Positions 48,946 through 61,807 of a DNA stretch of 64,000 nt are shown piece after piece. Below the pieces are notes generated by a model. The model was given only the letters and a program-made list of their open reading frames with translations. It searched no databases and had not been told where the DNA came from. Location of the stretch: assembly GCF_006345805.1 (NCBI RefSeq), contig NC_043011.1, positions 2,542,001 to 2,606,000 on the forward strand. The letters run 5' to 3'. This stretch comes from Octopus sinensis. Lineage: Eukaryota. The position numbers were made by a program, and so were the translations under genes. Every line of letters begins with the position of its first letter. Position 1 is the stretch's first letter.

Positions 48946-49289
48946 TATGCATGTAGTGCTTATGTGCTCATGCCATATATGTGTGCACATGAGATATAAA
49001 TATATTTATATCAATATATACATGAAGGCTTATATTAGGATGAATGTTCTACTGTAAATGACTTCATCGTATATGATCAAGTGTTCACTGAGGACTTTAT
49101 CTTTATCTTTCCCTCTCTCTCTATACCCCCTCCCACACACAGCTGTGTAGATGTTTAGAATTTATGGTACATGTAGATGTCATTTAAAGCATTAAGTATA
49201 TATGTATATGTGGAGGGTATGCATGAATGTATGTGTATATATAAGTGTTTCCAGTCTTGGCCCATACCTGAGAGTGAAGAAGACAGTCT

Positions 49290-49555
49290 TCATCATCATC
49301 ATCGTTTAGCTACACCAGGCCCAGCCTGATCTGGCAATATTTCTATGGCTGGAAGCCCTTCCTAATGCCAACCACTCCGTGAGTGTAGTGGGTGCTTTTT
49401 ACATGCCACTGGCACAGGTGCCAGACGAGGCTGGCAAACGGCCATGATCAAATGGTGCTTTTTATGTGCCAATGGCATGGAGGCCAGGTGAGTCTAACAA
49501 CGGCCACGATCGGATGGTGCTTCTTACGTGCCACCTGCACGGAAGCCAATCAGGG
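49290..49555 (-). mobile_element. SINE-like family C, internally deleted
   Basis: (CAT)n tail and the reverse complement of the GGCACGTAAAAAGCACC and AGGAAGGG motifs. Confidence 0.75.
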
Positions 49556-50149
49556 CCATTCTTGTTGCAGAATATTTTTCTAACTTGCAAATCAACGTGA
49601 CAATATCCTTTTCACTCTATCTTCCTCATTCCCAGATGGAGAACAGAAGCAAAAAATAAAATCCTTCATCGTTTAAAGCAAATAAATTTATGAAACGGTT
49701 CAAGGAACATTTCAGCAGATTGATTATTATTGATTGAGACCAGTTTCTCGGTTTTGTCCTTTATGGAGCACTGCCTCTTTTCAATAGCGTATAAAAGTAT
49801 CTCTTTGTTCTTGTTTTTATTTTGATTTGAAATTAATATCTAAAGATTTTACTGAGTAAGTTGTGACTCAACTTGAAGCATATGAGAAAACTTTGTGTAG
49901 ATTTTAAATTCATATTTGTCTAATAAAGGGGCAAGAATACTACATTTTCACTTTTTCAATGACAGTCACTGAAAGATGTAAGCAAATGTACTGAGTACAT
50001 ATTTGTGTGTTTGTGTGGTTGTATATAAGCTTTTTAATCTCTCCCTTTTTTCAGTCGATTTTCCTATTAATGTTCTATTTCAATTTTTCTATATATGTAT
50101 CTGTGGTGACATGTGTACATATTTGTGAGGGCTTATATGTCCATGTATG

Positions 50150-50378
50150 TATTTCTTTACTACCCACAAGGGGCTAAACACAGAGGGGGCAAACAAGGAC
50201 AGACAAAGAGATTAAGTCGATTACATCGACCCCAGTGCGTAACTGGTACTTAATTTATCAACCCCGAAAGGATGAAAGGCAAAGTTGACCTTGGTAGAAT
50301 TTGAACTCGGAACGTAATGACAGACGAAATACGGCTATGCATTTCTCCTGGCGTGCTAACGTTTCTGCCAGCTCGCCA
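50150..50378 (-). mobile_element. SINE family B
   Basis: Full-length match. Confidence 0.9.
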
Positions 50379-51568
50379 CCTACACACATACATATGTCCA
50401 TGTATGTGTGTAGATGTAACCATGCATGCAGTCACTCACACACACACATACATACAGACACATTGAGTTTGAGATAAAGATAAAAGAAAAGAGGGACTCA
50501 GTGATACAGACAGATAAGCAGATAACCAAAAACACACACATGCATAAAAAGAAATTGTGTGTGTGTGCGTGTTTATGTGTGCATGGGTTTGTGTACATGC
50601 ATGTGTGTATCTGTGTACGGGTAGTGTTTATGTACATGCATTGACTGTGTGTGTGTGTGCATGCATGTACTCATGCACATATGTGTGTATCTTCCTACAA
50701 GATAGACAAGGAGATTCACCAGTAGATGTATATGCATGGAAATGTTTTCCTTCAATTTTGAATTTTTGGTTTAATATTAGAAACCCTTTTAGAATTTCTT
50801 GCCATTTTGTGCAAAGAGAGACATTTGGGAAAATGAAATATTAAAAGAACATTTCCAAAATTGTATGGAATCTTATAAGCTCATAGAAAACTATAGAATA
50901 CTATAATAGTGCATGAAAGGAAGAAAAATTACTTTCTTTTCATTTTTTATTCTGGATATTGATTAAATGACATGATTAATAGGAATGTTAAATATTTTAA
51001 GAAAACCGGAATTCATACTATTTTTCCATCTGTAATACGCGTTGTGTTTTTCTTAGACATTATTGTTATTTTATTATTGTCTTCAAATTTAGTAGAAAGC
51101 CTTTTGTATAAAGTATTTTAATTTTGTTTGTGGGTGTTCTGTTTGAATTGAGCAAAAATAAAATGTAATTAATAATATTGCTGATAAAACTATTTCGGAA
51201 AGGAATAATATTTTTAGTTGAAATTTATAACATAAAACATGTTCACAGTAGAGATAATTCATCATTTTCAGAAAGTTATTTTTCTTTATACTAAGAGTTG
51301 TTAGGGGATTACAATAGAGATGGAATTAACAGGCTGGAATACTGATCATCTAGCCAGGAATTTAAACCTTAATATCTCTGGATAATGTTATGATTATCTG
51401 AACCACAAGAATCAAACTACTGATTATTTCTGGCCCCTCATGATTTAAAGAACATGAGAGATAAAACTAACTACTTGTTAGATCATTTAACCATTGCAAG
51501 TGACTTTTTCTGTTGGCAGAATCCATCTGTTAGCAACGGAATAGATATTGCCTATAGCAGTGAATTAT

Positions 51569-52082
51569 TATCATCATTTCATCATTGTTCGACCGTGGTC
51601 GAGACAATGGAATTTACCATGCTATGCCAGACTTCACAGTCTATCATTGTTGCTGGATACCTGTATCCCTGGAGATTACATCAGGGTAGGAGAGTGTGTG
51701 CCCTCTGGTATCGCGAGCAGATGGCTTCCAGAGGAGTAGAGTAGAAATTACCTCGTTTTCAGCTCTACAACAATGTCCAGCAAACTGGACTCTCCTACCT
51801 TTCACAAGAGATGACACAGGTGGTAGTTTCCCATATATTTGTACTTTGGTTGGATGACGCTTCCACGAGAGATTTTGAGCTCTCATAAGGAGGCGAGTGT
51901 GGGTTCCATCCAACCGCCTCTCAAGCTTCTTTGATAACGTCCAGGTTTCTGAGCCATATAGTAGAATTGGTTCGACTGTGGCTTTGAAGATTTTAAGTTT
52001 GTAATCTCTACTTAGATTTGATGACCAGATCTTATGCATGTCTTTACAGGCTGACCAGGCCATACCCTTTCTAGTTAGAAAG
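51569..52082 (-). mobile_element. 5'-truncated copy of the same RTE LINE
   Basis: Highly similar to 11279-11810, with a 16-bp deletion. Has a GAT tail and a probable TSD GAATTAT (51562-51568 and 52084-52090). ORF 51644-52093 matches the RT C-terminus. Confidence 0.92.
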
Positions 52083-52429
52083 GGAATTATCATACTAGTC
52101 CAATGAAAGAATCTCCATCTGACTGGTAGGAGATAGCAGCTAAATCTCCAGTATTTAGTACAGTTTGGTAAATATAACAGGATTCATTGGATAATATAGT
52201 CTTAAATACACTGAATAAATGATGGAATGATCATTGCTACTTGGGGTTAACAAAAACACTCATAAGAATTGAGATAACTTATTTATGGATATAATGACAT
52301 GCTGACAGTATGATTTGAACTATTGATTATTACGTTGGTTGCCCAGAACAGTGTTTCTATTGACACACCATTGTTTAAAAAGTTAGACTTGACAGAGACT
52401 AATAATGTCAATAACGTTTACATAGCTAA

Positions 52430-52747
52430 TAATGCTCTCGAAAGAGCTGTTCTTCACTCCTGCTCCAGAGTGTCGGCTGCGGGGTCACTCCGAAAAGCTC
52501 TATCTGCGACGATTTCATCTCAATCGAAGGAGAGGGGCTTTCTCGATCTGGGTTGCGGATCCGTGGAATAAGCTGCCGGACGAGATAGTGAAGATGTCGA
52601 CGACCGCTCGGTTCAAAGTCTCTCTTGACCAGAAATGGCCTGAACTCTTTGCATGAACACCTCCCTGTACATAACTCCATGTCCCCCTACATGGCCTTGC
52701 TTTTTGCTTTTTGAGCCAAAAAGTTAACTTAACTTAATTTAACTTAA
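52430..52747 (+). mobile_element. CR1 LINE 3' fragment
   Basis: ORF LRGHSEKLY...RGAFSIWVADPWNKLPDEIV...FKVSLDQKW is the CR1 ORF2 C-terminal signature. (AACTT)n tail. Confidence 0.88.
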
Positions 52748-53049
52748 TGCTGCTAAATAATAAATAGCATACTTTCATACTGTTTGTATTTCATTTGACA
52801 GCTAGGTGGCCTGAGGTTGAAGGGAAAATGAGAAAGGAGGGAATTACAGGTAGAAGAAATTTTGAATAAAAAGGATTTAACTAAGTAGACTAAGAATAAT
52901 AGTCTAGCAGTAAGATTCAGTAGGGTAAAGAAAGAAAAAATACATAACCCCAGGGTTTTGTTGTCCCTGATTACACCTCACATTTGAAGGTCTGTCCCTG
53001 TGGTAGGAAGGGACTAAACAATAGCAACTACCTCTTTTTCATAATGTAC

Positions 53050-53282
53050 CTATTCCTTTACTACTCACAAGGGGCTAAACACAGAGAGGACAAACAAGGA
53101 CAGATAAATGGATTAAGTCAATTATATTGACCCCAGTGTGTAACTGGTACTTAATTTATCGACCCCAAAAGGATGAAAGACAAAGTCGACCTCGGCGGAA
53201 TTTGAACTCAAAACGTAATGGCAGGCAAAATATGGCTACGTATTTCGCCTGGCGTGCTAACGTCTCTGCCAGCTGGCCGCCT
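53050..53282 (-). mobile_element. SINE family B
   Basis: Full-length match. Confidence 0.9.
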
Positions 53283-53327
53283 TTGTAATGTACCACTTGA
53301 CTTAATACATTACTCTTATACTAGTAT

Positions 53328-53720
53328 AGGTGCAGGCATGACTGTGTGGTAAGAAGCATGTTTCCCAACCTCGTGTCCCAGGTTCAGTCCCACTGTGTGG
53401 CACCTTAGGCAAGTGTCTTTTGACTAACCAAAGCCTTGTGAGTGGATGTGGTAGACAAAAAATTGAAAGAAGCTCTTGGTATATATATGTATATATATAT
53501 ATCTTCGTATCTGTGTTTACCCCTCCCTCCCAATCACCACTTGACAACCAGCATTGATGGTTTACATCCCTGTAACTTAGTGGTTCAATAAAAGAGACCG
53601 ATAGAATGAGTACTTGGCTTTGGAAAAATAAGTCTTGGGGTTGATTTGTTTAACTAAATCCCTTCCAGGCAGTGCCCTAGCATGACCGCAATCAAATGAC
53701 TGAAACAAGTAAAAGAATAA
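53328..53720 (+). mobile_element. SINE family A, diverged
   Basis: Recognisable head, body and tail. Confidence 0.85.
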
Positions 53721-54244
53721 AATATATGTGCGAAATGAAAACCATGAAATGATATCATGTTCCTTAATTTTCCAGTTTCCACAAATTTTGTCTTCCTGCA
53801 ATATATTCAAAGAAAAATGATTTCATGAAATACTTAGATTTATAATGCAGAGAAAATTTATGTCAGTGAGAATTTATGCAATTAGAAAGTTGTTTCATAA
53901 TTAAGTAGACTATTGATGCTCTACTGAAATACGTCATCTTGGTGTAAGGCACTTTATGCTGATAGACACTGCATGAAGATGAATTCTTCAAGTAATGCTT
54001 CAGTTGTCCAACTCCTCTCTTCAAGAAACAGAGTGGATTTGAACTCTGCATTGAATCTAATAAAACTCAAACTGATTCTCATAATTACAAGAGTAATTAA
54101 ATTTATTTTCCCCCTTTTTCTCTGCTCAGTATGTTAAGTATGTTAGAAATTCTCAAATATCTTATCTCATGTAGATGGGGTCATTAGGTAGTTTTCTCCC
54201 ATTTGAATTAATTTAATTGATTCGTTTTTACTCGTTAATTTTAT

Positions 54245-54650
54245 GTACTCTTTACTCTTTTACTCTTTTACTTGTTTCAGTCATTTGACTGCGGCCATGC
54301 TGGAGCACTGCCTTTAATCGAGCAACTTGACCCCGGGACTTATTCTTTGTAAGCCCAGTACTTATTCTATTGGTCTCTTTTTGCCAAACCGCTAAGTGAC
54401 GGGGACATAAACACACCAGCATCGGTTGGCAAGCAATGTTAGAGGGACAAACACAGACACACAAACATACACGCGCACACACATATATATATATATACGA
54501 CGGGCTTCTTTCAGTTTCCGTCTAACAAATCCACTCACAAGGCTTTGGTCGGCCCGAGGCTAGAGTAGAAGACACTTGCCCAAGGTGCCACGCTGTGGGA
54601 CTGAACCCAGAACCATGTGGTTGGTAAGTAAGCTACTTACCACGCAGCCT
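54245..54650 (-). mobile_element. SINE family A
   Basis: Full-length match. Confidence 0.92.
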
Positions 54651-55462
54651 GTGTTTCATGCTGTGAAGTCTTGAAGGAGTATTCCTAAGTCACTTATGTT
54701 CATTTATCACATCAAATCATGTACAATTATTGTTTACATATATAGGGATCATCTATCATTAGATGCAGCTTCACTGTGGAGGTCCAATAAGACTGGAATT
54801 GTCTGTAGTTTGCTCCATACTTGCCAAAGATAAAATTAAATTAATATTAATCTGAGTTAATATTTCTATCTACTCCCTATAAGTCTTATTCTAGTTTTTA
54901 GATAATCAAAATTTCCTTGTTGTCCTCCTTTTACCTAAACAGATTATACTAATGTTATTTATTGAAACTACATTTCCATTCCTCACTGTAAGGATAATTT
55001 AGGTTAATTAAAATTGTTTTGCTCACTAAATTAATTACATTAGCACTCACTCATGTTTCCTGGACATAGTATTTATGGCCATTATGCAGTATATGCACAG
55101 CTAAGAATATTATATAAGTTAATTATTTATACTAAGTCTATCATATTTTGCATTGACAAAGTCTACTGCTAGTGACAGGCAAAAAGTTTGGTATCATCCT
55201 CTCATCTTGGTTAACTGTGTCTTTCAAAATAGATGTTTACTAGAATGTGGAAAACAGTTCCTATTCCCATTCAACCCATATTCATTGATGTATGTGAAGA
55301 GTTAATGTTGACAGCCTAAGTGCTAAGCTCCTTGTTGTTTCTCCTATCACGTCTTATAAATCAAATTTCAGCCTATTTAATTTTTATAGTGGTATTCCAA
55401 ACAGAAGTTTATTTCCTACTCTTTAATAGTACTCTTTCCTAATCTTTATTTCCTATGCTTTA

Positions 55463-55633
55463 AGGCGCAGGAGTGGCTGTGTGGTAAGTAGCTTGCTAAC
55501 CAACCACATGGTTCTGTTTCAGTCCCACTGCATGACATCTTGGGCAAGTGTCTTCTGCTATAGCCTCGGGCCGACCAATGCCTTGTGAGTGGATTTGGTA
55601 GACGGAAACTGAAAGAAGCATGTCGTATATATG

Positions 55634-55697
<64 letters not shown>

Positions 55698-55910
55698 TTG
55701 TCCCCCTAGCATTGCTTGACAACCGATGCTGGTGTGCTTACGTCCCCGTCACTTAGCGGTTCGACAAAAGAGACCGATAGAATAAGTACTGGGCTTACAA
55801 AGAATAAGTCCCGGGGTCGATTTGTTTGACTAAAGGCGGTGCTCCAGCATGACCGCAGTCAAATGACTGAAACAAGTAAAAGAGTAAAAGAGTAAAAGAG
55901 TAAAGAGTAA
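55463..55910 (+). mobile_element. SINE family A
   Basis: Full-length match with expanded (GAGTAAAA)n tail. Confidence 0.92.
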
Positions 55911-56354
55911 TAAATTTTCAAATGATTATAATTATTAATGCTACTAAAAGTCACACATTTCAAAATATCTGTCTCTCTGGTAAAGCTAATTTTTGTTCAG
56001 ATCTTTCAAGCTATATTGATCTTCTTAAGTTACATATACACTTAAAATATAGATTAAATGGTTTTGAGAGGAATCTCAATTATTATTCTCCTTTATTCCC
56101 ATAATAGAAATGTTAGAAATTTCATGTTTGTAGAAAATATGGAAAATAGTAGAACATGTGAGTAAATGTCTTACTTCATTATTTTGTTGTGTGTTTCTCA
56201 GTTTGAATCCTGCCACTTCTCGTTTCGTATTTTCATCACCCTAGATTTCATTAAATAAATACTAATAATTTTAAGTCATGCTAAGACAAATTTTTGAAAC
56301 CTGAATTCTGATTGAGAGCTTTTCAAATGCAGTGATTTGAATATATGCTGTCCA

Positions 56355-56585
56355 ATACTCTCTCTTTTACTCTTTTACTTGTTTCAATCACCTGACTGCA
56401 GCCATGCTGGAGCACCGCCTTTAGTCGAGCAAATCGACCCCGGGACTTATTCTTTGTAAGCCCAGTACTTATTCTATCGGTCTCTTTTTGCCAAACTGCT
56501 AAGTGACAGGGACATAAACACACCAGCATCGGCTGTCAAGCAATGCTAGGAGGACAAACACAGACACACAAACATACACATACAC

Positions 56586-56619
<34 letters not shown>

Positions 56620-56772
56620 GACAGGCTTCTTTCAGTTTCCGTCTACCAAATCCACTCACAAGGCTTTGGTCGGCCCGAGGCTAGAGTAGAAGACACTTGC
56701 CCAAGGTGCCATGCAGTGGGACTGAACCCAGAACCATGTGGTTGGTAAACAAGCTACTTACCACACAGCCAC
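56355..56772 (-). mobile_element. SINE family A
   Basis: Full-length match. Confidence 0.92.
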
Positions 56773-56939
56773 TGGAAATTTCCTCATTAACAATTTTGAA
56801 ATATGTTTATTTCAGCTGTTGCTGTAACCAGAGTTCAGTGTTTCATCATTCCAAGAATGGATAATTGCATAACTGCTACCTTCATTGAATAATTCATTCT
56901 ACAAACTTACCCACTGAAACTGAACTCTTTATCCCTGTC

Positions 56940-57365
56940 AGGTGCAGGAGTGGCTGTGTGGTAAGTAGCTTGCTAACCAACCACATGGTTCCGGGTTCAG
57001 TCCCACTGCGTGGCATCTTGGGTAAGTGTCTTCTGCTATAGCCCCGGGCCGACCAATGCCTTGTGAGTGGATTTGGTAGACGGAAACTGAAAGAAGCCTG
57101 TCATATATATGTATATATATTAATGTATGTGTGTGTGTTTGTGTGTCTGTGTTTGTTTCCCTAGCATTGCTTGACAACCGATGCTGGTGTGTTTACATCC
57201 CCGTCAATCAGCGGTTCGGCAAAAAGAGACTGATAGAATAAGTACTGGGCTTACAAAAGGAATAAGTCCCAAGGTCGAGTTGCTTGACTAAAGGCAGTGC
57301 TCCAGCATGGCCGCAGTCAAATGACTGAAACAAGTAAAAGAGTAAAAGAGTAAAAGAGTAAGAGT
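56940..57365 (+). mobile_element. SINE family A
   Basis: Full-length match. Confidence 0.92.
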
Positions 57366-58026
57366 CACTTTTTATCACCATGGTGATGATCACTTACTAA
57401 ACTGTCAACAATTTGTTGGGCAGATTTACAGAAAACATCAATTATGTTGGTAAATAATGTTAATTCGTGAGAAAGTTTATAAACTAAACCTTAAAATAAA
57501 GCAGTGTCTGCATGGCAGGGTTTAATAAACACTAATTTGTAATATGATATTCTAAGTATTGAAAGTACTCTGTAATCTCTTACCATCCAGTTTCTGCCTA
57601 TTGATTAATCAAGTGTTTCTTATTTTAAGTTAATTAAAGTTTCATGTACACTGTGTAAATATTTCAAGAGAGTGCTCACTTTCCTTTCTTAATATATATT
57701 TTCTGGAATAATGGTGAAATCCCACCAGCCACTTGTTGATTTTCTAGATGGTCTGTAATAACTTGATCAATGTTAACATGTATTACAATTATTGTCTTTC
57801 AGTCATATATGTTAACATTTTAGTTCTAAACCAGACAATTTTAATATACTGCAACATTATCTGTAATACTTGAGTTTCATCAATGGTTTTGTCTGTCTTT
57901 TGTTTCACTTTCAGACATGTTATAATAGAAAGGAGAACTATTGGCTTGAGACACATCATCAAATGTCATTTGAGACTTAGTTATGAAGAAATTATTGACA
58001 ATATTTCTTACAGAGTTAAATTTAAT

Positions 58027-58432
58027 ACTCTCTTTTGCTCTTTTACTTGTGTCAGTCATGTGACTGAGGCCATGCTGGAGCACCGCCGTTAGTCGATCAA
58101 ATCGACCCCAGGACTTATTCTTTGTAAGCCTAGTACTTATTTTATCAGTCTTTTTTTTGCCGAACTGCTAAGTTACAGGGACATAAATACACCAGCATCG
58201 GTTGTCAAGCGATGTTGCGGGGACAAACACAGACACACAAACATGCACATACATATATACATATATATACATATATATACGATGGGCTTCTTTCAGTTTC
58301 CGTCTAACAAATCCACTCACAAGGTTTTGGTCAGCCCGAGGCTATAGAAGAAAACACTTACCCAAGGTGCCACGCTGTGGGACTGAACCCGGAACTATGT
58401 GGTTCGTAAGCAAGCTACTTACCACACAGCCA
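58027..58432 (-). mobile_element. SINE family A
   Basis: Full-length match. Confidence 0.92.
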
Positions 58433-59064
58433 CTATAAATATTCATATCTATATTTTTTGGTATATGGCATTATATTCTGAACTCCTTTAGCCTATTATA
58501 GTTACAATGTTTCAGTCATTGCACCCACCTACCTTCTTCAAATGCTTACTTGGGTTCATAAATGTTCTCAATAGTTCAAGCCAAAGAGGTGTAGATTGCT
58601 TTTATTCCATTTTCCATCTCAGTGACATTCTTGTATTGGCCATTTTCAAACCTGTGACATTACTAACTCACTCCACTTGAACCAGAGTATATATAGATTC
58701 ACAAAGGCATAGAATTTTGATTATCAACACAGCTCAAGTGAGTACACTTTAAATCCATTAACGAGGGTCTGAAGTGGAAGACTTGTGCAAGCAGATAAAA
58801 TAGATTTAGATTTACTAGCATTTCTATACAATAAGGTTTATTTGTTAACTGGTGTTAGCTCTGCTTGACCAAGTTTGTGGAACAGAGAGAAACAAACAGA
58901 GAATTTTGCATGTTTCTGCTTATATTCGCTCCATCTTCGATTAAACTACATATTCATCAGTGATCACTGTAATTGGATCAAACCAGAGCCAAGATACAAT
59001 TAGAGGCTTGAAAGTCAAGAGGATTCTTGTCTGGTATGAGGACAGCTCCATTTTATCTTTTGGT

Positions 59065-59442
59065 ACTCTCTTTACTCTTTTACTTGTTTCAGTCATTTGA
59101 CTGTGGCCATGCTGGAGCACCACCTTTAGTCGAGCAAATCGACCCCGGGACTTATTCTTTGTAAGCCCAGTATCGGTCTCCTTTGCTGAACCGCTAAGTG
59201 CCGGGGATGTAAACACACCAGCATCGGTTGTCAAGCAATGCTAGGGGGACAAACACATACACACACATATATATACATTTATACGACAGGCTTCTTTCAG
59301 TTTCCGTCTACCAAATCCACTCACAAGGCTTTGGTCGGCCCGAGGCTATAGAAGACACTTGCCCAAGATGCCACGCAGTGGGACTGAACCCGGAACCATG
59401 TGGTTGGTTAGCAAGCTACTTACCACACAGCCACTCCTGTGC
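59065..59442 (-). mobile_element. SINE family A
   Basis: Full-length match with small internal deletions. Confidence 0.92.
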
Positions 59443-61776
59443 CTATAGAAGAATTTAACCATAGTACTCTAAGACAACTAGTTACTTATATAATGTGGTT
59501 ATACAAATATTATTTAGAGATAACAAATTAGAGGCAAAAATTGTTAGAAACATTAGAATACTCTGGAACTGACTGTTGCTAATTTGTGTTTTTATATTAC
59601 ATTCATCTAATATGATGTGTGTATATTTGTATTTGTTATAATGTGGATCCTCGTCCACTGGTATGTTAATGTTAGCACTTTAATATTCTTGTCACCACTA
59701 TTATGTTGTGGCAGTATTCCATATCTTATGATCTTTGACTCATCTATTGTGCTATTGCTGATGCTCCAGAAGACAATGACTTTGAATCGTCTACCTTGAC
59801 AATAATTCGAACTTGTATATATCACGTAACAGACACTGAGAACTTGCACAATGACCCTACTACTACTGGCTCCCTAGAACAACTGACTGTCTGATTTTAT
59901 AGTGGCTGGTTCATACCACTTTGTTACGTGGGAAGGGGAGTACCATAATCACAACAACAGTTTTGATTACAAAGTTTTCCATTCATGTCATCCTAATACC
60001 AATAGATTGAAATATTTACTCACTTAACTGTTCAATTCACTATTTTATCTACCTCCCATGTTAATTTTTAGTTTGTGTCAAATATTGCTTCGCTTTACTA
60101 ATAAACATTGTAAACATAGAATAATTCGTTCCATTCTAAATGTTTCACACCAGCTTTAAACATTAGGAAACAATGTCCTTTAGATAACTTGATCAATGTT
60201 TAATGTCTATACAATTATAGTTTTTCAGTATTATAAGTTAACCTTTTTGTTAGAAACCAAACGATTATTACATTTCTGTTATACTTAAATTTCATTAATT
60301 TTTTTCTTTTTTTTTTCTCATTTGTTCCTCTGCTGGACATGCTGTTGTTGGCAAGAGAGTTTATTAATTTGCGATACATCATCAAATGTCATTCATTTGA
60401 GACTCAGTTACTGATAATACTTCTTATGGAATTAACATTAATATGTAAATATATTTCTATAAAGTTTTATTTGGCAACTGTAACTAGCTCCACTTGAGCA
60501 GAGATAAATTTTCAAACAAAACTTTTATTACTTGTATCTGTTTCCAATCCATCTTTTACTGTTCAGCATATTACTGTAAGATTTGGAGCTTAACACATCA
60601 GATTACTATGTTAAAGATGGCTGGGAGATTTTCAGCTAGATTTTGCCATAGCAAATAACTTATTCATTGCAAGAAAAACAACTTTATTATAACTGCATTA
60701 TATTTTAATATCCAGATTCATCAATTCTTTATCTCAGAGAAGATTTGTCAAACTTATAATTTTTCTTGTAATTGTATATGCTGCATTTCTTTTACATTTC
60801 ATTTGCTGCAATATCTTTGCTTGGCAGGTATTAAATTGTATTGCTAAAACTTTCATCAGAGCTTCAAAATGAATGTTAACAGAGTATTTACAAGAAGTCC
60901 AGTGTATATTTGCATTCTTCCATCACATAGTTATTCTCTTAGTGCTAGCAATAGTCTTAGTGCAATTTCCTAAGCAAAAGCCGGTTCCTACCTTTGTCAT
61001 ATTGCAGTAATTGACAAATATTTTCTGATACTACTTTCATTATCACTAAATCTCGTGTGACACGGCTGAGAGAAACAAATAAGACATTTGGGAAGCTGTG
61101 TTAAATTGTTTGGTGTTATCAGTAAAAACAAATGATGTAGATTAGAGGGAACTGAAATATTGATTAGAAGAATGACTAAAGGGGAAAATATCCATGGTTA
61201 CCTTCTGCATGAAACAGTAATAGTGAAGTAAGCTCTAGCATACTTGATGTATTGAGCCAATTATCAATCAATTAAAATTGTACTTTTAATGATGAAAAAT
61301 TTATAAGCTATAGAACACAATGCAGGTGAGTCACCGAACTGTGAAATATTAGAATAATTTACCATTGCATTTTATGTTTAATTAATTATAATTAACTTAA
61401 ATTCTAGTAGGTTATCTTCTCGGTCTGTCTTGATCACAACTAGTCATTAAAACAAAGAATTTTTTCTCATCACTGCGGGTGTATATTTTGATAAATTAAA
61501 ATTATTTGATTCACTTCAGCTAGAATGTTAGTACCCTCTTTACTAACGAAATATTGCATAGAATGTTTGGTGTTGACTGTTGTATAACATATGAAAACTG
61601 ATTATTGGAACAATGGTATATTACAGTTGAATTATGATATGCTATGACTGTTGGTGATTGAATATGTGATACATAATGGCTTGCACTGACAGAATAACAA
61701 CTGTTGTAACATGACTGAATATTATTGAAGCTATAGAGTGTATATATATATATGGTTAAGTTATGGCATAATACGG

Positions 61777-61807
<31 letters not shown>

